Source: a virus
Lineage: Duplodnaviria; Caudoviricetes
Length of the DNA stretch: 56,208 nt
IMG/VR virus record: IMGVR_UViG_3300017754_001331
Span: 1-56,208 of that record
Reading direction: 5' to 3' (one strand)
The translations under genes were made by a program, and so were the position numbers. Position 1 is the stretch's first letter; each line of letters begins with the position of its first letter. Below the pieces are notes generated by a model. That model saw only the letters and a list, made by a program, of their open reading frames with translations. It made no database searches and was not told the DNA's origin. Of the stretch, positions 6,249 to 15,135 are shown piece by piece.

Positions 6249-7244
6249 ATGCGTGCAGAACTTCTAAAGGGAACGCTCAAAGCACTGTTCAACATCCAAC
6301 GCACTGTCTGCATCATCGGCCCTCCCGGCGGTGGTAAGACAACCATTGTCCACGAAGTAGGCAACGAACTCGATGTTCCTGTCATTGTCCGCCATATGCC
6401 AACGGCTCTGGTCGAGGACTTTGGTGTGCCTGATATGGGCACTAGTGATGCGTCATTCAGCTACAAGCTACCTGACTGGTTCCCCTACAAAGGCAAGCCG
6501 GGCACTGAGCGCGGTGGTATCCTGTTGTTCGATGACCGTAACCAAGCAGGTCCTGACCTCCAGAAAGTGCTAGCCAATATCTGTCAGGCTCGTGAGTTGC
6601 ACGGTGTCCCCATGGCTGATGGCTGGCAGGTTGTCTCCACTGGTAACCGACAGTCAGACCGTGCTGGGGCAGTGCGTATCCTGAGCCATCTGGCTAACCG
6701 TGAGACCACACTAGAGTTTGAGACCGACCTTAACGACTCGACCAAGTGGATGCTGGACAATGCAGTCAAGCCAGAGGTGGTTAGCTTCATCCGCTTCCGT
6801 CCCGGCCTGTTGCATGACTTCGATGCCCAACGTGACCAGAACCCTACACCTCGCAGCTGGGTCGAAGGTGTCTCCGATGTGCTTGGTGCTGTGCCTTTCG
6901 AGGCTGAGTATGAGTGCTTCAAGGGTGCTGTTGGCGAGGGTGCAGCGGCTGAGTTTGTCGGTTTCATGCGGATATGGCGCAAGTTACCCAACCCTGATGC
7001 TGTGCTTATGAACCCGTCAACTGCGGACGTGCCGACCGATCCGGCTACGCTCTATGCCTTGTCTGGTTCACTTGCTGCACGGATCACTGACAGCAACATG
7101 GACCGTGCTGTTACCTACGCCGAACGTATGCCTGCTGAGTTCTCTGTGCTTATGATTAGCCAAGCAGCACGGCGTGACCCTGACCTGACCACGACACAAG
7201 CGTTTGTTAAGTGGTCTTTGGCGCATCAAGATGTACTTTTCTGA
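6249..7244 (+). CDS. MoxR-like AAA+ ATPase
   Basis: Walker A GPPGGGKT, Walker B variant GILLFDD, sensor TGNR, NPTPRSW; AGGAG SD before ATG 6249. Confidence 0.88.
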   Translation: MRAELLKGTLKALFNIQRTVCIIGPPGGGKTTIVHEVGNELDVPVIVRHMPTALVEDFGVPDMGTSDASFSYKLPDWFPYKGKPGTERGGILLFDDRNQAGPDLQKVLANICQARELHGVPMADGWQVVSTGNRQSDRAGAVRILSHLANRETTLEFETDLNDSTKWMLDNAVKPEVVSFIRFRPGLLHDFDAQRDQNPTPRSWVEGVSDVLGAVPFEAEYECFKGAVGEGAAAEFVGFMRIWRKLPNPDAVLMNPSTADVPTDPATLYALSGSLAARITDSNMDRAVTYAERMPAEFSVLMISQAARRDPDLTTTQAFVKWSLAHQDVLF

Positions 7245-7452
7245 GGCTAAAGCCGCAGGCGAGTGGCTGGAGTTTCTGTGGGAGCACCAGCCACATAAGC
7301 GCTTGGAATTACAACACAGACGTGTCCAGTTAATACGGCGTGACACCAAAAGAGCAGCCATGGATAGGCTGGAGACCTTAGCCATGCAGTATCCCCAAGA
7401 CTATCTCGTTTTCAGAACCCGGCAGCGTTTGCTGGGCAAAAGTGGAGTGTGA
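7231..7452 (+). CDS. Hypothetical protein (73 aa)
   Basis: ATG 7231 overlaps the AAA gene end; fills the operon gap. Confidence 0.55.
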   Translation: MYFSEAKAAGEWLEFLWEHQPHKRLELQHRRVQLIRRDTKRAAMDRLETLAMQYPQDYLVFRTRQRLLGKSGV

Positions 7453-7455
7453 ACT

Positions 7456-8307
7456 ATGAAACTCAATGACCGTGCCCTTCTCGTCAGCCTGTCCATATCA
7501 CAGTGGACGGCTCGTAAACTTGACAAGAAAGCGACCAAGGATGTCGCTGACATTAACCGGGCAAGCACCAGTGCAGGACGCTACAACAAGTCTCTGCTTC
7601 CTCTCAATGATCTGTTGGCCAACGTGCATCAGAAAACCGGTGTGATCCGTGAGAAATTCGCCAAGAACACCCTGCCTTGGGGTATCGACGGCACACGCAT
7701 CCTACCCAGTGCCAACTATCTCCAGTTCATGCAGGATTTCCGTAAGGAAAAGGCCGAGTGGCAGACGCTGGTCACGACATTCCTCGACAACTATGAGTAT
7801 CTGGTAGCTGAAGCCAAGCGCTGGCTGGGTGATCTGTACGATGAGAAGGACTATCCCAGCAAGGACAGCATCACTGGTAAGTTTAACATGGACATGGCGA
7901 TCCTGCCTGTACCCAGCAATGACTTCCGTGTGGCGCTATCCAGCGATGAGTTGACCCGCATCCAAGAGGACCTCGAAAGCCGCATGACCAGTGTGCAGCA
8001 AGAGGCGATGAACGATTGCTGGCACAGACTATACAAGCATGTAGAACATATCACCGAGAAGCTGTCCGACCCCAAGAATATATTCCGGGACAGTATGCTC
8101 GACAATGCAAGGGAGACATGTGACCTACTGACACGTCTGAATATAACAGAGGACCCGAACCTCGAATCCATGCGGCAAGCGGTGGAGCGCAAGCTGTTGG
8201 ATCATCACCCTGATACACTGCGTAATGACTTCGATGTCCGTCAGGATACCGCAGCAGAAGCGCGCAAAATCATGGACGCAATGTCCGTATTCATGGGAGC
8301 AAACTAA
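7456..8307 (+). CDS. DUF3150-like helical protein
   Basis: LLVSLSISQWTARKLD...TLPW...G.RILP...YPS...KF pattern; family found with AAA/vWA pairs. Confidence 0.7.
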   Translation: MKLNDRALLVSLSISQWTARKLDKKATKDVADINRASTSAGRYNKSLLPLNDLLANVHQKTGVIREKFAKNTLPWGIDGTRILPSANYLQFMQDFRKEKAEWQTLVTTFLDNYEYLVAEAKRWLGDLYDEKDYPSKDSITGKFNMDMAILPVPSNDFRVALSSDELTRIQEDLESRMTSVQQEAMNDCWHRLYKHVEHITEKLSDPKNIFRDSMLDNARETCDLLTRLNITEDPNLESMRQAVERKLLDHHPDTLRNDFDVRQDTAAEARKIMDAMSVFMGAN

Positions 8308-9452
8308 TGCAAGTTGCAGTCAAGAAACGTGCTTATGAGGGCGACATCACCGCCCTCAACCGCCGTCTGGCCAAGGCCAAGACATCCCTCATCCTTGAGC
8401 ATCCCTTCGTCGGGACCATCGCTCTCAACATGCCGTTCATACTAGACGAGTCTGTCTCCACTGCGGCAACCAACGGCAAGTATGTCAAGTTCAACCCGGC
8501 TTTCATCGACCCGCTGTGTGACGAACAGCTTAAGTTCCTCGTGGCTCATGAGTGCTTTCACCCCATGCTGGAGCACAACTATCGGCGCGGTGCGCGTGAC
8601 CAGAACCGCTGGAACAAGGCCGCTGACTATGTGATCAACGAGTTGCTGACACGAGAAGGGATCGGCAAGTTCATCCAAGGCGGCTGCCTCGATCCCAGCC
8701 TGTACAACGCAGGCAATGGGTCCACAGAGGGCATCTATAACCTGTTGCCTGATGAGGACGATGACAGCGGTGGCGGTGGCGGCGAAGCCTATGATGACTG
8801 CCTTGATGCAGATGGTGGCCCAGCTGAACAGGCACAGGCCGCTGCCGAGATGAAAGTGCAGGTCGCTCAGGCAGCACAGGCTGCCAAGATGATGGGTAAA
8901 CTGTCTGCTAACATGCAGCGTCTGGTCGATGAGGTACTTCAACCCAAGGTCAACTGGGCCGATGTCATGTGGCGGTTCATGCAGAAGGCTCGTAACGATA
9001 GCCGGACCTTTGCCCGTCCCAACAGGCGGTTCATATCGCAGGGTATCTATCTGCCCAGCGTGTCCGGCGAGACCATGGGTGAGATGCTGTGGGCCGTTGA
9101 CTGTTCCGGTTCAATCACACCACAACAGATCAGTCAGGCAGCGGCTGAGGTGACCAAGGTGTTCGAGCACTTCCGTCCTACCAAACTGCATGTTGTCTAC
9201 TTCGATAGCGAGGTGGCTCATGCCGAGGTCTATGAACCCGGTGACGTGCTGGATATCAAGCCGCATGGTGGTGGCGGCACTGCGTTTAGCCCAGTGTTCC
9301 GCTACGCTGAGGAGCATGGCATCGAGCCTGTTGCCTGCATATTCCTGACCGATCTGTATTGCTCCGACTTTGGTCCGGAGCCTGACTACCCCGTGCTTTG
9401 GGTCAGCGATGGCGCTGAGAAGGCACCCTTTGGAGAAGTGATCAAATGGTAA
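8307..9452 (+). CDS. DUF2201-type metallopeptidase-like domain plus vWA domain protein
   Basis: AATNG...HECFH (HExxH)...WNKAADYVIN; acidic Gly linker; MIDAS DCSGS, GGGTAF, FLTDLY. Confidence 0.88.
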   Translation: MQVAVKKRAYEGDITALNRRLAKAKTSLILEHPFVGTIALNMPFILDESVSTAATNGKYVKFNPAFIDPLCDEQLKFLVAHECFHPMLEHNYRRGARDQNRWNKAADYVINELLTREGIGKFIQGGCLDPSLYNAGNGSTEGIYNLLPDEDDDSGGGGGEAYDDCLDADGGPAEQAQAAAEMKVQVAQAAQAAKMMGKLSANMQRLVDEVLQPKVNWADVMWRFMQKARNDSRTFARPNRRFISQGIYLPSVSGETMGEMLWAVDCSGSITPQQISQAAAEVTKVFEHFRPTKLHVVYFDSEVAHAEVYEPGDVLDIKPHGGGGTAFSPVFRYAEEHGIEPVACIFLTDLYCSDFGPEPDYPVLWVSDGAEKAPFGEVIKW

Positions 9453-9685
9453 TTGATGAACATGACGATGAACCCGAGGGCCTTAGTGCCCTCGTTATCG
9501 AACTCGGTACGGTATGCTCTGGCTATGAGATGGGTACGGTAGTGACCGCACTGTTGTACCTTCTGGCTGACTGCGCCGCACAGAGTGATGTCCCCAAGCA
9601 TGAGTTTCTGGCGCAGGCATATGAGAGCCTCGACAATTTGTATGATGATATGGAGAACGACAATGGCAGTAGTACGTATAACTAA
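9446..9685 (+). CDS. Small acidic hypothetical protein
   Basis: Overlaps both neighbours; GGAGA SD. Confidence 0.55.
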   Translation: MVIDEHDDEPEGLSALVIELGTVCSGYEMGTVVTALLYLLADCAAQSDVPKHEFLAQAYESLDNLYDDMENDNGSSTYN

Positions 9686-10298
9686 GCAGCTGACAGAGAA
9701 CATCCTCGACAATGCTAGGTGTAAGTTTACCGACCGGATCAGGGCGGCAGAGGAGAGCGTCCCCAACAGCGAACGCTGGGGTGACTATGTCTATGAGAAG
9801 CTACTCGGCAAGCACATCCCCATCATGGAGCAGCTTCCGATGGAGTTCTTTAGCACCGCGAACAAGCTAAATGTAAACCGCATTGGCGGTCAGGGTATCA
9901 ACATCCAGTTCAAACTATCCACGAACAAGCGTTGGCCGGTACAGTTACCATCTGATGCACCTGTGGATAGGAGCAGCTATAGCAGTTACATCGCGCTTAA
10001 TGATGACCCTGTGTGGGAAGAACTCCATGCAGAGGTTGCCGCGTGGAGGACACGCTGTTCTGCCGTCCGTGCACAGGCATCGGAGTTTGCCGAGGGTGTA
10101 TCCAAGGTGCTTAGTTCTTACTCGACACTGGCTCCTGCCCTGAAGGCATGGCCTCCGCTGTGGGAACTGCTGCCTGAGTACGCCAAGAACAAACACAAAG
10201 AGATCGTCGAGCGTACGAAACCAGATCGGGAAGCGCCCACTTTGGATACCAATAAGTTAACCGCCATCATGGCAGCGAGTAAGATAGGAGGACTATGA
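9663..10298 (+). CDS. Nmad5-like protein (nucleotide modification-associated domain 5)
   Basis: N-terminal VRITKQL and C-terminal LSSYSTLAPALKAWPPLWELLP match the Nmad5 pattern as I recall it. Confidence 0.65.
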   Translation: MAVVRITKQLTENILDNARCKFTDRIRAAEESVPNSERWGDYVYEKLLGKHIPIMEQLPMEFFSTANKLNVNRIGGQGINIQFKLSTNKRWPVQLPSDAPVDRSSYSSYIALNDDPVWEELHAEVAAWRTRCSAVRAQASEFAEGVSKVLSSYSTLAPALKAWPPLWELLPEYAKNKHKEIVERTKPDREAPTLDTNKLTAIMAASKIGGL

Positions 10299-10762
10299 TG
10301 TTTAAGAGAACCAAAATCATTCGGATGTTTACCGATTTCCCGCACCTCAACAAGTTCCAGATCGCCGACCGCGTAGGCTGTCATCCTGCTTACGTAACTC
10401 AGGTCCAGAAGGAATGGCGCAAAGAACTAGACGAAGCAGAGAGACAGGCAGAGATGTTTACAGAAGTTGAGCCTGCCGATGTACAGAATCTAAGCATCGA
10501 TACAGTGCTAGCCGAACGCGGCTCACGCTATGGTAAGTTCGAGGACCATGCGCGGATCACGCAGGAACTGAAACGTGTAAGCTACGATTTTTTCATAGGG
10601 AAGAACAAGCAGCTTGCCGACGACCAACAGGAAGCACTGGATATGATCTTCCATAAGATCGGGCGCATCCTCAACGGTGACCCTGACTATGCTGATAGTT
10701 GGGTGGATATCGCTGGCTATGCCAAGCTGGTGGCTGATCGGCTGGAAGGTAAGTCTGTATGA
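10295..10762 (+). CDS. HTH plus DUF6378-like (all-alpha NTP-pyrophosphatase-like) protein
   Basis: HTH-like QIADRVGCHPAYVTQV; ERGSRYG...KIGRILNGDPDYADSWVDIAGYA. Confidence 0.75.
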   Translation: MMFKRTKIIRMFTDFPHLNKFQIADRVGCHPAYVTQVQKEWRKELDEAERQAEMFTEVEPADVQNLSIDTVLAERGSRYGKFEDHARITQELKRVSYDFFIGKNKQLADDQQEALDMIFHKIGRILNGDPDYADSWVDIAGYAKLVADRLEGKSV

Positions 10763-10965
10763 CCGAGGCACAGAGAGCGATGATGGAGCGCGCTGTCGCA
10801 GTGCTCAAAGTCGAGGATGAAATCCGTAAAGCACGGCGTGAGAACGATGCGGAACTGCGTGTGCTGTGCCGCGAGTATGACAAAGAGTTCGGTGTGTGGG
10901 GCAGTGCGCCCCACCACCTGCGTTTGGTCGCAGAAAATTACGGTCTGCTTGACAAGGCTGTATAA
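10759..10965 (+). CDS. Hypothetical protein (68 aa)
   Basis: ATGA overlap with the upstream gene. Confidence 0.65.
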   Translation: MTEAQRAMMERAVAVLKVEDEIRKARRENDAELRVLCREYDKEFGVWGSAPHHLRLVAENYGLLDKAV

Positions 10966-10976
10966 TAAGCTAGTCT
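10949..10976 (+). promoter_or_regulatory. Sigma70-type promoter upstream of the DNA polymerase
   Basis: TTGACA-N16-TAGTCT preceded by GC. Confidence 0.5.
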
Positions 10977-11004
10977 CATTGACGTAAAACATAGGAGTAC
11001 CCCG

Positions 11005-12888
11005 GTGCACATCTACACAATCGATTTCGAAACTTACTATTCACGGGAGTATAGTCTCTCTAAAATGACTACTGAGCGGTACGTCCGTGGTCCTCAGTTC
11101 GAAGCGATCATGATGGGCATCAAGAAGAACGACGGCCCGACCAAGTGGATACCCAAGAACCTGATCGGGCCGTTCCTCGACGCTGTCGATTTCACCAAGT
11201 CAGCGATCCTCTGCCACAACACTGCCTTCGATGGGGCCATCCTGTCTTGGCACTATGGCGTGAAGCCTAAGCTATGGTTGGATACTCTGTCGATGGCACG
11301 GCCCCTCCATAATGTGACCGTAGGCGGTAGCCTCAAGGCACTGGCTCAATACTATAAGCTGGGTGCCAAGGGTGACGAAGTCATCAACGCACTGGGTAAA
11401 CGATACGCTGACTTCTCTAAGGAAGAACTGGAGCGCTACGCTGCCTACTGCGTCAATGACGTACAGATAACATACCAACTTTTCCAGAAACTGAAGAAGG
11501 AACTACCGCCCTCTGAGTTGTTGGTGATTGACCAGACCCTGCGGATGTACACTGAACCCAAGATCGAACTGGACATACCCCTGCTGGAGAAACATCTCGG
11601 TGAGGTGCGTCAGCGCAAGGAGGATATACTCAAGGAACTGGCCGGTGTTGTCGGTATGGGTGAGCAGTTCGATCCTGCTGCCCTCAAGACCCTGCTTATG
11701 AGTAACCCCCAGTTCGCTACCATGCTGGACTTGATGGGTATTGACCCGCCGATGAAGACCAGTCCCCGCACTGGCAAGTCAGCCTATGCTTTCAGTAAGA
11801 CAGACCAAGCGTTTCTCGCCCTGCTTGAGCACCCTGACGAACGTGTCCGGGCTGCGGTTGAGGCACGGCTAGGGACCAAGTCCACCCTCGAAGAGACCCG
11901 CACCGATGCGTTCATTGGTATCGCCGACCGTGGTCCACTGCCTATCATGCTCAACTATTATGGAGCACACACAGGTAGGTTCTCAGGTGGCGACAAGGTG
12001 AACCTCCAGAACCTACCAAGCAGAGGCAACACCACCATCCGGCAGGCGCTCAGGGCACCAGAGGGGTATGAGATTATCGCTTGTGACTCCAGCCAGATCG
12101 AAGCACGCACAGTGGCATGGCTGGCAGGACAGGATGATCTGGTGCAAGCGTTCCGCGAGGGGCGCGATGTCTACTCCGAGTTTGCCAGTGACGTATATGG
12201 TAGGCCAATTACCAAGGCTGACACAGTGGAGAGATTTGTGGGTAAGACCTGCATCCTTGGCCTTGGCTACGGCATGGGGGCTGAGAAGTTTCGCAAGACA
12301 CTGGCCCTTAGCAAGATCACCATCGATGAGCATGAAGCCGAGCGCATTGTCCGTCTTTACCGCCAGAAATATTGGAAGATCGTCCAGCTTTGGCAGACCT
12401 GTAGCCAGATACTCAAGGACATGGCAGGCAACCGGAACGGTATGCTGAAGGAGGTCATCTCCTACGATAAGGACGGCATCATGCTGCCGAACAAACTGCG
12501 CATCACCTACCCTGCACTGCGTCAAACCAAGGACGGTTTCCAGTATATCAATGACGCACGGACATATCGCAAGGCGATCAAGGACAGGGTCACAGGTGGT
12601 AACCTCGACGACCTACCATGGGTCAAGATTTATGGTGGGAAGGTCACTGAGAATATCGTGCAGGCTCTGGCTGGTATCATCGTGCGCTGGCAGATGACCT
12701 TGATCGGACAGGCCGGGCACTTCGTCGCCTTCCAAGTGCATGACGAGAATGTCTGCGTAGTGCCTATTGATACGGCAGAGGCAGCCGAGACCGAGATCAT
12801 AAAGATCATGTCAACACCACCAGCATGGGCACCTGACCTACCTGTAGCTTGCGAGTCAGGACGTGCTGATAACTATGGAGATTGTTAA
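11005..12888 (+). CDS. Family A DNA polymerase with 3'-5' exonuclease
   Basis: ExoI IDFETY, ExoII HNTAFD, HTGRFSG, NLQNLP, motif A DSSQIEAR, motif B RFVGKTCILGLGYG, motif C VHDE; GTG start with AGGAG SD. Confidence 0.95.
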   Translation: MHIYTIDFETYYSREYSLSKMTTERYVRGPQFEAIMMGIKKNDGPTKWIPKNLIGPFLDAVDFTKSAILCHNTAFDGAILSWHYGVKPKLWLDTLSMARPLHNVTVGGSLKALAQYYKLGAKGDEVINALGKRYADFSKEELERYAAYCVNDVQITYQLFQKLKKELPPSELLVIDQTLRMYTEPKIELDIPLLEKHLGEVRQRKEDILKELAGVVGMGEQFDPAALKTLLMSNPQFATMLDLMGIDPPMKTSPRTGKSAYAFSKTDQAFLALLEHPDERVRAAVEARLGTKSTLEETRTDAFIGIADRGPLPIMLNYYGAHTGRFSGGDKVNLQNLPSRGNTTIRQALRAPEGYEIIACDSSQIEARTVAWLAGQDDLVQAFREGRDVYSEFASDVYGRPITKADTVERFVGKTCILGLGYGMGAEKFRKTLALSKITIDEHEAERIVRLYRQKYWKIVQLWQTCSQILKDMAGNRNGMLKEVISYDKDGIMLPNKLRITYPALRQTKDGFQYINDARTYRKAIKDRVTGGNLDDLPWVKIYGGKVTENIVQALAGIIVRWQMTLIGQAGHFVAFQVHDENVCVVPIDTAEAAETEIIKIMSTPPAWAPDLPVACESGRADNYGDC

Positions 12889-13037
12889 TGTTTAATAGAA
12901 TATTTTGTATGGTCATGGCTGTATTGTGGGCCGCAACAGCTATCGCCCTTAACGAACCCGTATACCATACTTGCGCGGCGGTATGGCTTGCCGTTCTTAT
13001 TATTCTTTTAGATAAGGATACCCCCCGCAATGGCTGA
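12888..13037 (+). CDS. 49-aa two-TM membrane microprotein
   Basis: MFNRIFCMVMAVLWAATAIALNEPVYHTCAAVWLAVLIILLDKDTPRNG; TAATG coupling to the polymerase; GGAGA SD. Confidence 0.6.
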   Translation: MFNRIFCMVMAVLWAATAIALNEPVYHTCAAVWLAVLIILLDKDTPRNG

Positions 13038-13359
13038 TTTTGTAGAGTGGAACCCGAAGCATCACGGACATAAGCCGCTGCACTGGACGCCTGACATGCT
13101 GACCAGCGTGGATGGTAAGAACTTCGTGCGCCAGCCGAACTGGGCATGGATCGCTGGCTCTACCTACTACGTGCCGCATGAGGCTGTGGGGATGGTGCGC
13201 AAGGATGTGGGAGAAACGATGACCGAGATACCGCACGTTGAAGACTTCTCTTACGCACTTGTGGACCTAATAGAAGATTACAAAAAGCGGGGTATGGAAG
13301 ATGCTGCGATTGTCGCGGCTCTCCTCGCCGCTGTTATTACTGAGGGGGCGGAACAATGA
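13030..13359 (+). CDS. Hypothetical protein (possibly two fused small genes)
   Basis: AAGGA SD; internal GGGAGA...ATG before MTEIPH. Confidence 0.6.
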   Translation: MADFVEWNPKHHGHKPLHWTPDMLTSVDGKNFVRQPNWAWIAGSTYYVPHEAVGMVRKDVGETMTEIPHVEDFSYALVDLIEDYKKRGMEDAAIVAALLAAVITEGAEQ

Positions 13360-13622
13360 CAACACCACCCGATTGGGTTCTGCTCGAAGCTGCGAAACGG
13401 AGTGGCATGAAACAATGTCCTGACTGGATCAAGCGATGCTACGACCACCACGCGGTTCTCGCCTTCCGCGCCCTCTGCGACATGATCCAGAAACACGAGA
13501 AAAAACCAGTGGATCGTAAGCTGCTTTGTGCGCGTGAGGCAATCTCAGTGGCTTATGGTAGACATGAAGAATGGATCGCCATCCGAGCGATTGAGCTTTA
13601 CGAGGAAGGCTTTGGGAAATGA
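13356..13622 (+). CDS. Hypothetical protein (88 aa)
   Basis: ATGA overlap chain. Confidence 0.7.
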   Translation: MTTPPDWVLLEAAKRSGMKQCPDWIKRCYDHHAVLAFRALCDMIQKHEKKPVDRKLLCAREAISVAYGRHEEWIAIRAIELYEEGFGK

Positions 13623-13801
13623 GCGAGATTAAGAAAGAACCTATTATAGTCCCTCCGAGTTGGGAGTGGGTGAACACCAGCGACGATGACGCAGTGATTT
13701 TTACCGATCATAGCCACCGAGACATCCTTCGGTTCGTGATTAGCGAGCTTGGCGAGGAGATCAGGTTCCATGTCGATGATTTGCTGAAAGACGACACATG
13801 A
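13619..13801 (+). CDS. Hypothetical protein (60 aa)
   Basis: ATGA overlap chain. Confidence 0.6.
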   Translation: MSEIKKEPIIVPPSWEWVNTSDDDAVIFTDHSHRDILRFVISELGEEIRFHVDDLLKDDT

Positions 13802-14043
13802 CCCTGCACTATAAACTGCACAGCTTGTGGCGGCGGAAGACCTACCCCATCAGGGCCGCAATCTGGAGGCTGCGGCTGCGCGCCGCGTACCATCTGGTCG
13901 GGGATTACTCGTTCGTTGCAAACATCGAGGTCGTCGGCGCATTGTACATGCCGAAAATCCGGTTTTACTGCCCAGCGGTCCGAGACATTCACATATTCGA
14001 GACCGAAGCCCATAGGGAGGCTTGGAAGAACGGGGGATCGTGA
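13798..14043 (+). CDS. Hypothetical protein (81 aa)
   Basis: ATGA overlap chain. Confidence 0.55.
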   Translation: MTLHYKLHSLWRRKTYPIRAAIWRLRLRAAYHLVGDYSFVANIEVVGALYMPKIRFYCPAVRDIHIFETEAHREAWKNGGS

Positions 14044-14120
14044 TGACCCTACGGCAATTCCTCTGGGATAATTTTGGCTGGGATTTATATGACTGGAACG
14101 AACATGACATCAGGTTCTGA
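14043..14120 (+). CDS. 25-aa Trp/Asp-rich microprotein
   Basis: MTLRQFLWDNFGWDLYDWNEHDIRF; TGATG coupling; GGGGG SD-like. Confidence 0.5.
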   Translation: MTLRQFLWDNFGWDLYDWNEHDIRF

Positions 14121-14790
14121 AGACAAAGGTATCCGGCTGGCGCACTCATACTCAGCGCTCAAGCTGTTCGAGAACTGTCCGCAACGGTACTACCGACAAC
14201 GTATCCTGAAGGATATCAAGGACGAAGGCGGCGAGGCCAGCAAGTATGGAGAGCGGGTCCATGAGATGCTGGAGCGTAGGCTCAAGGAAAATCTGGAGTT
14301 ACCACAGGAAGTCGCCCACTATGAAGCACTGTGTAAAGGTGTGGAGAAGCTGGCTACAGGCGGTGAATTACATATTGAAAAAGAGCTAGTGCTAAACGAC
14401 AACCACACACCGACAGGTTGGTGGGACAGTGACGCATGGCTCAGGTCCAAGCTCGATATCCTTGTGATAAAGGGCAGCGATGCTGTCGTAATGGACTGGA
14501 AAACTGGCAAGCGTAAGCCGGACTTCTTTCAGATGGAGATATTCGCAGGCCAAGTGTTCAAGCATTTCCCTGACGTGCAGCGGGTCAAGACCACACTTGT
14601 CTGGCTGAAGGATATGAAGATGGACAGCGAGACCTACACACGCATGGACATCACCGGCATCTGGGGCGGCATCCTGTCTGCAACTAGCCGCATTGAACAG
14701 GCGCTGCACTTCGACAACTGGCCAGCCAGACCCAGCGGTTTGTGTGGTTGGTGCCCTGCACAATCCACATGTAAGTGGGCGCGGCGCTGA
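14104..14790 (+). CDS. PD-(D/E)XK (Cas4/RecB-like) exonuclease
   Basis: HSYSAL..FENCP, KLD...DWKTGK, C-terminal CGWCP...C cysteine cluster. Confidence 0.88.
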   Translation: MTSGSEDKGIRLAHSYSALKLFENCPQRYYRQRILKDIKDEGGEASKYGERVHEMLERRLKENLELPQEVAHYEALCKGVEKLATGGELHIEKELVLNDNHTPTGWWDSDAWLRSKLDILVIKGSDAVVMDWKTGKRKPDFFQMEIFAGQVFKHFPDVQRVKTTLVWLKDMKMDSETYTRMDITGIWGGILSATSRIEQALHFDNWPARPSGLCGWCPAQSTCKWARR

Positions 14791-14798
14791 TTTAATAC

Positions 14799-14826
14799 TT
14801 GACACCCATGTATCGTATGGTAGGAG
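14799..14826 (+). promoter_or_regulatory. Putative sigma70-type promoter before VRR-NUC
   Basis: TTGACA-N16-TAGGAG with TGG extension, 6 nt before the ATG (same geometry as the terS promoter). Confidence 0.45.
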
Positions 14827-14832
14827 CCACAT

Positions 14833-15135
14833 ATGGCAGCACTGACCCCCGAAGGAAAGGTTAAGAAGCGCCTGACTGACATGCTGCGTAAGCATAAAGT
14901 CTGGTATTTCTACCCCGGCAACAACGGATTTGGGAAGTCTGGACTACCCGACATCATCGCTATCGTGCGGGGTCGGTTCGTAGGCATCGAGGTGAAGGCA
15001 GACAGAACAAAGAAACCAACAGCCCTGCAATGGAAGACAGGGCGCGAGATCAAGGAAGCAGGTGGTGCATGGTTCCTTGTATGCGACGACGACACCATCG
15101 CCGAAGTGGAGGCATTGATCTGTGCTAGTAATTGA
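14833..15135 (+). CDS. VRR-NUC nuclease / Holliday junction resolvase-like
   Basis: TPEGKVK...GLPDII...FVGIEVKA...PTALQ...AGG. Confidence 0.9.
   Translation: MAALTPEGKVKKRLTDMLRKHKVWYFYPGNNGFGKSGLPDIIAIVRGRFVGIEVKADRTKKPTALQWKTGREIKEAGGAWFLVCDDDTIAEVEALICASN

Noticed and set aside
14104-14790. Cas4 as evidence of a CRISPR system
   Set aside because: It is a stand-alone PD-(D/E)XK exonuclease, typical of PolA/SNF2 phage replication modules; no array or other cas genes.
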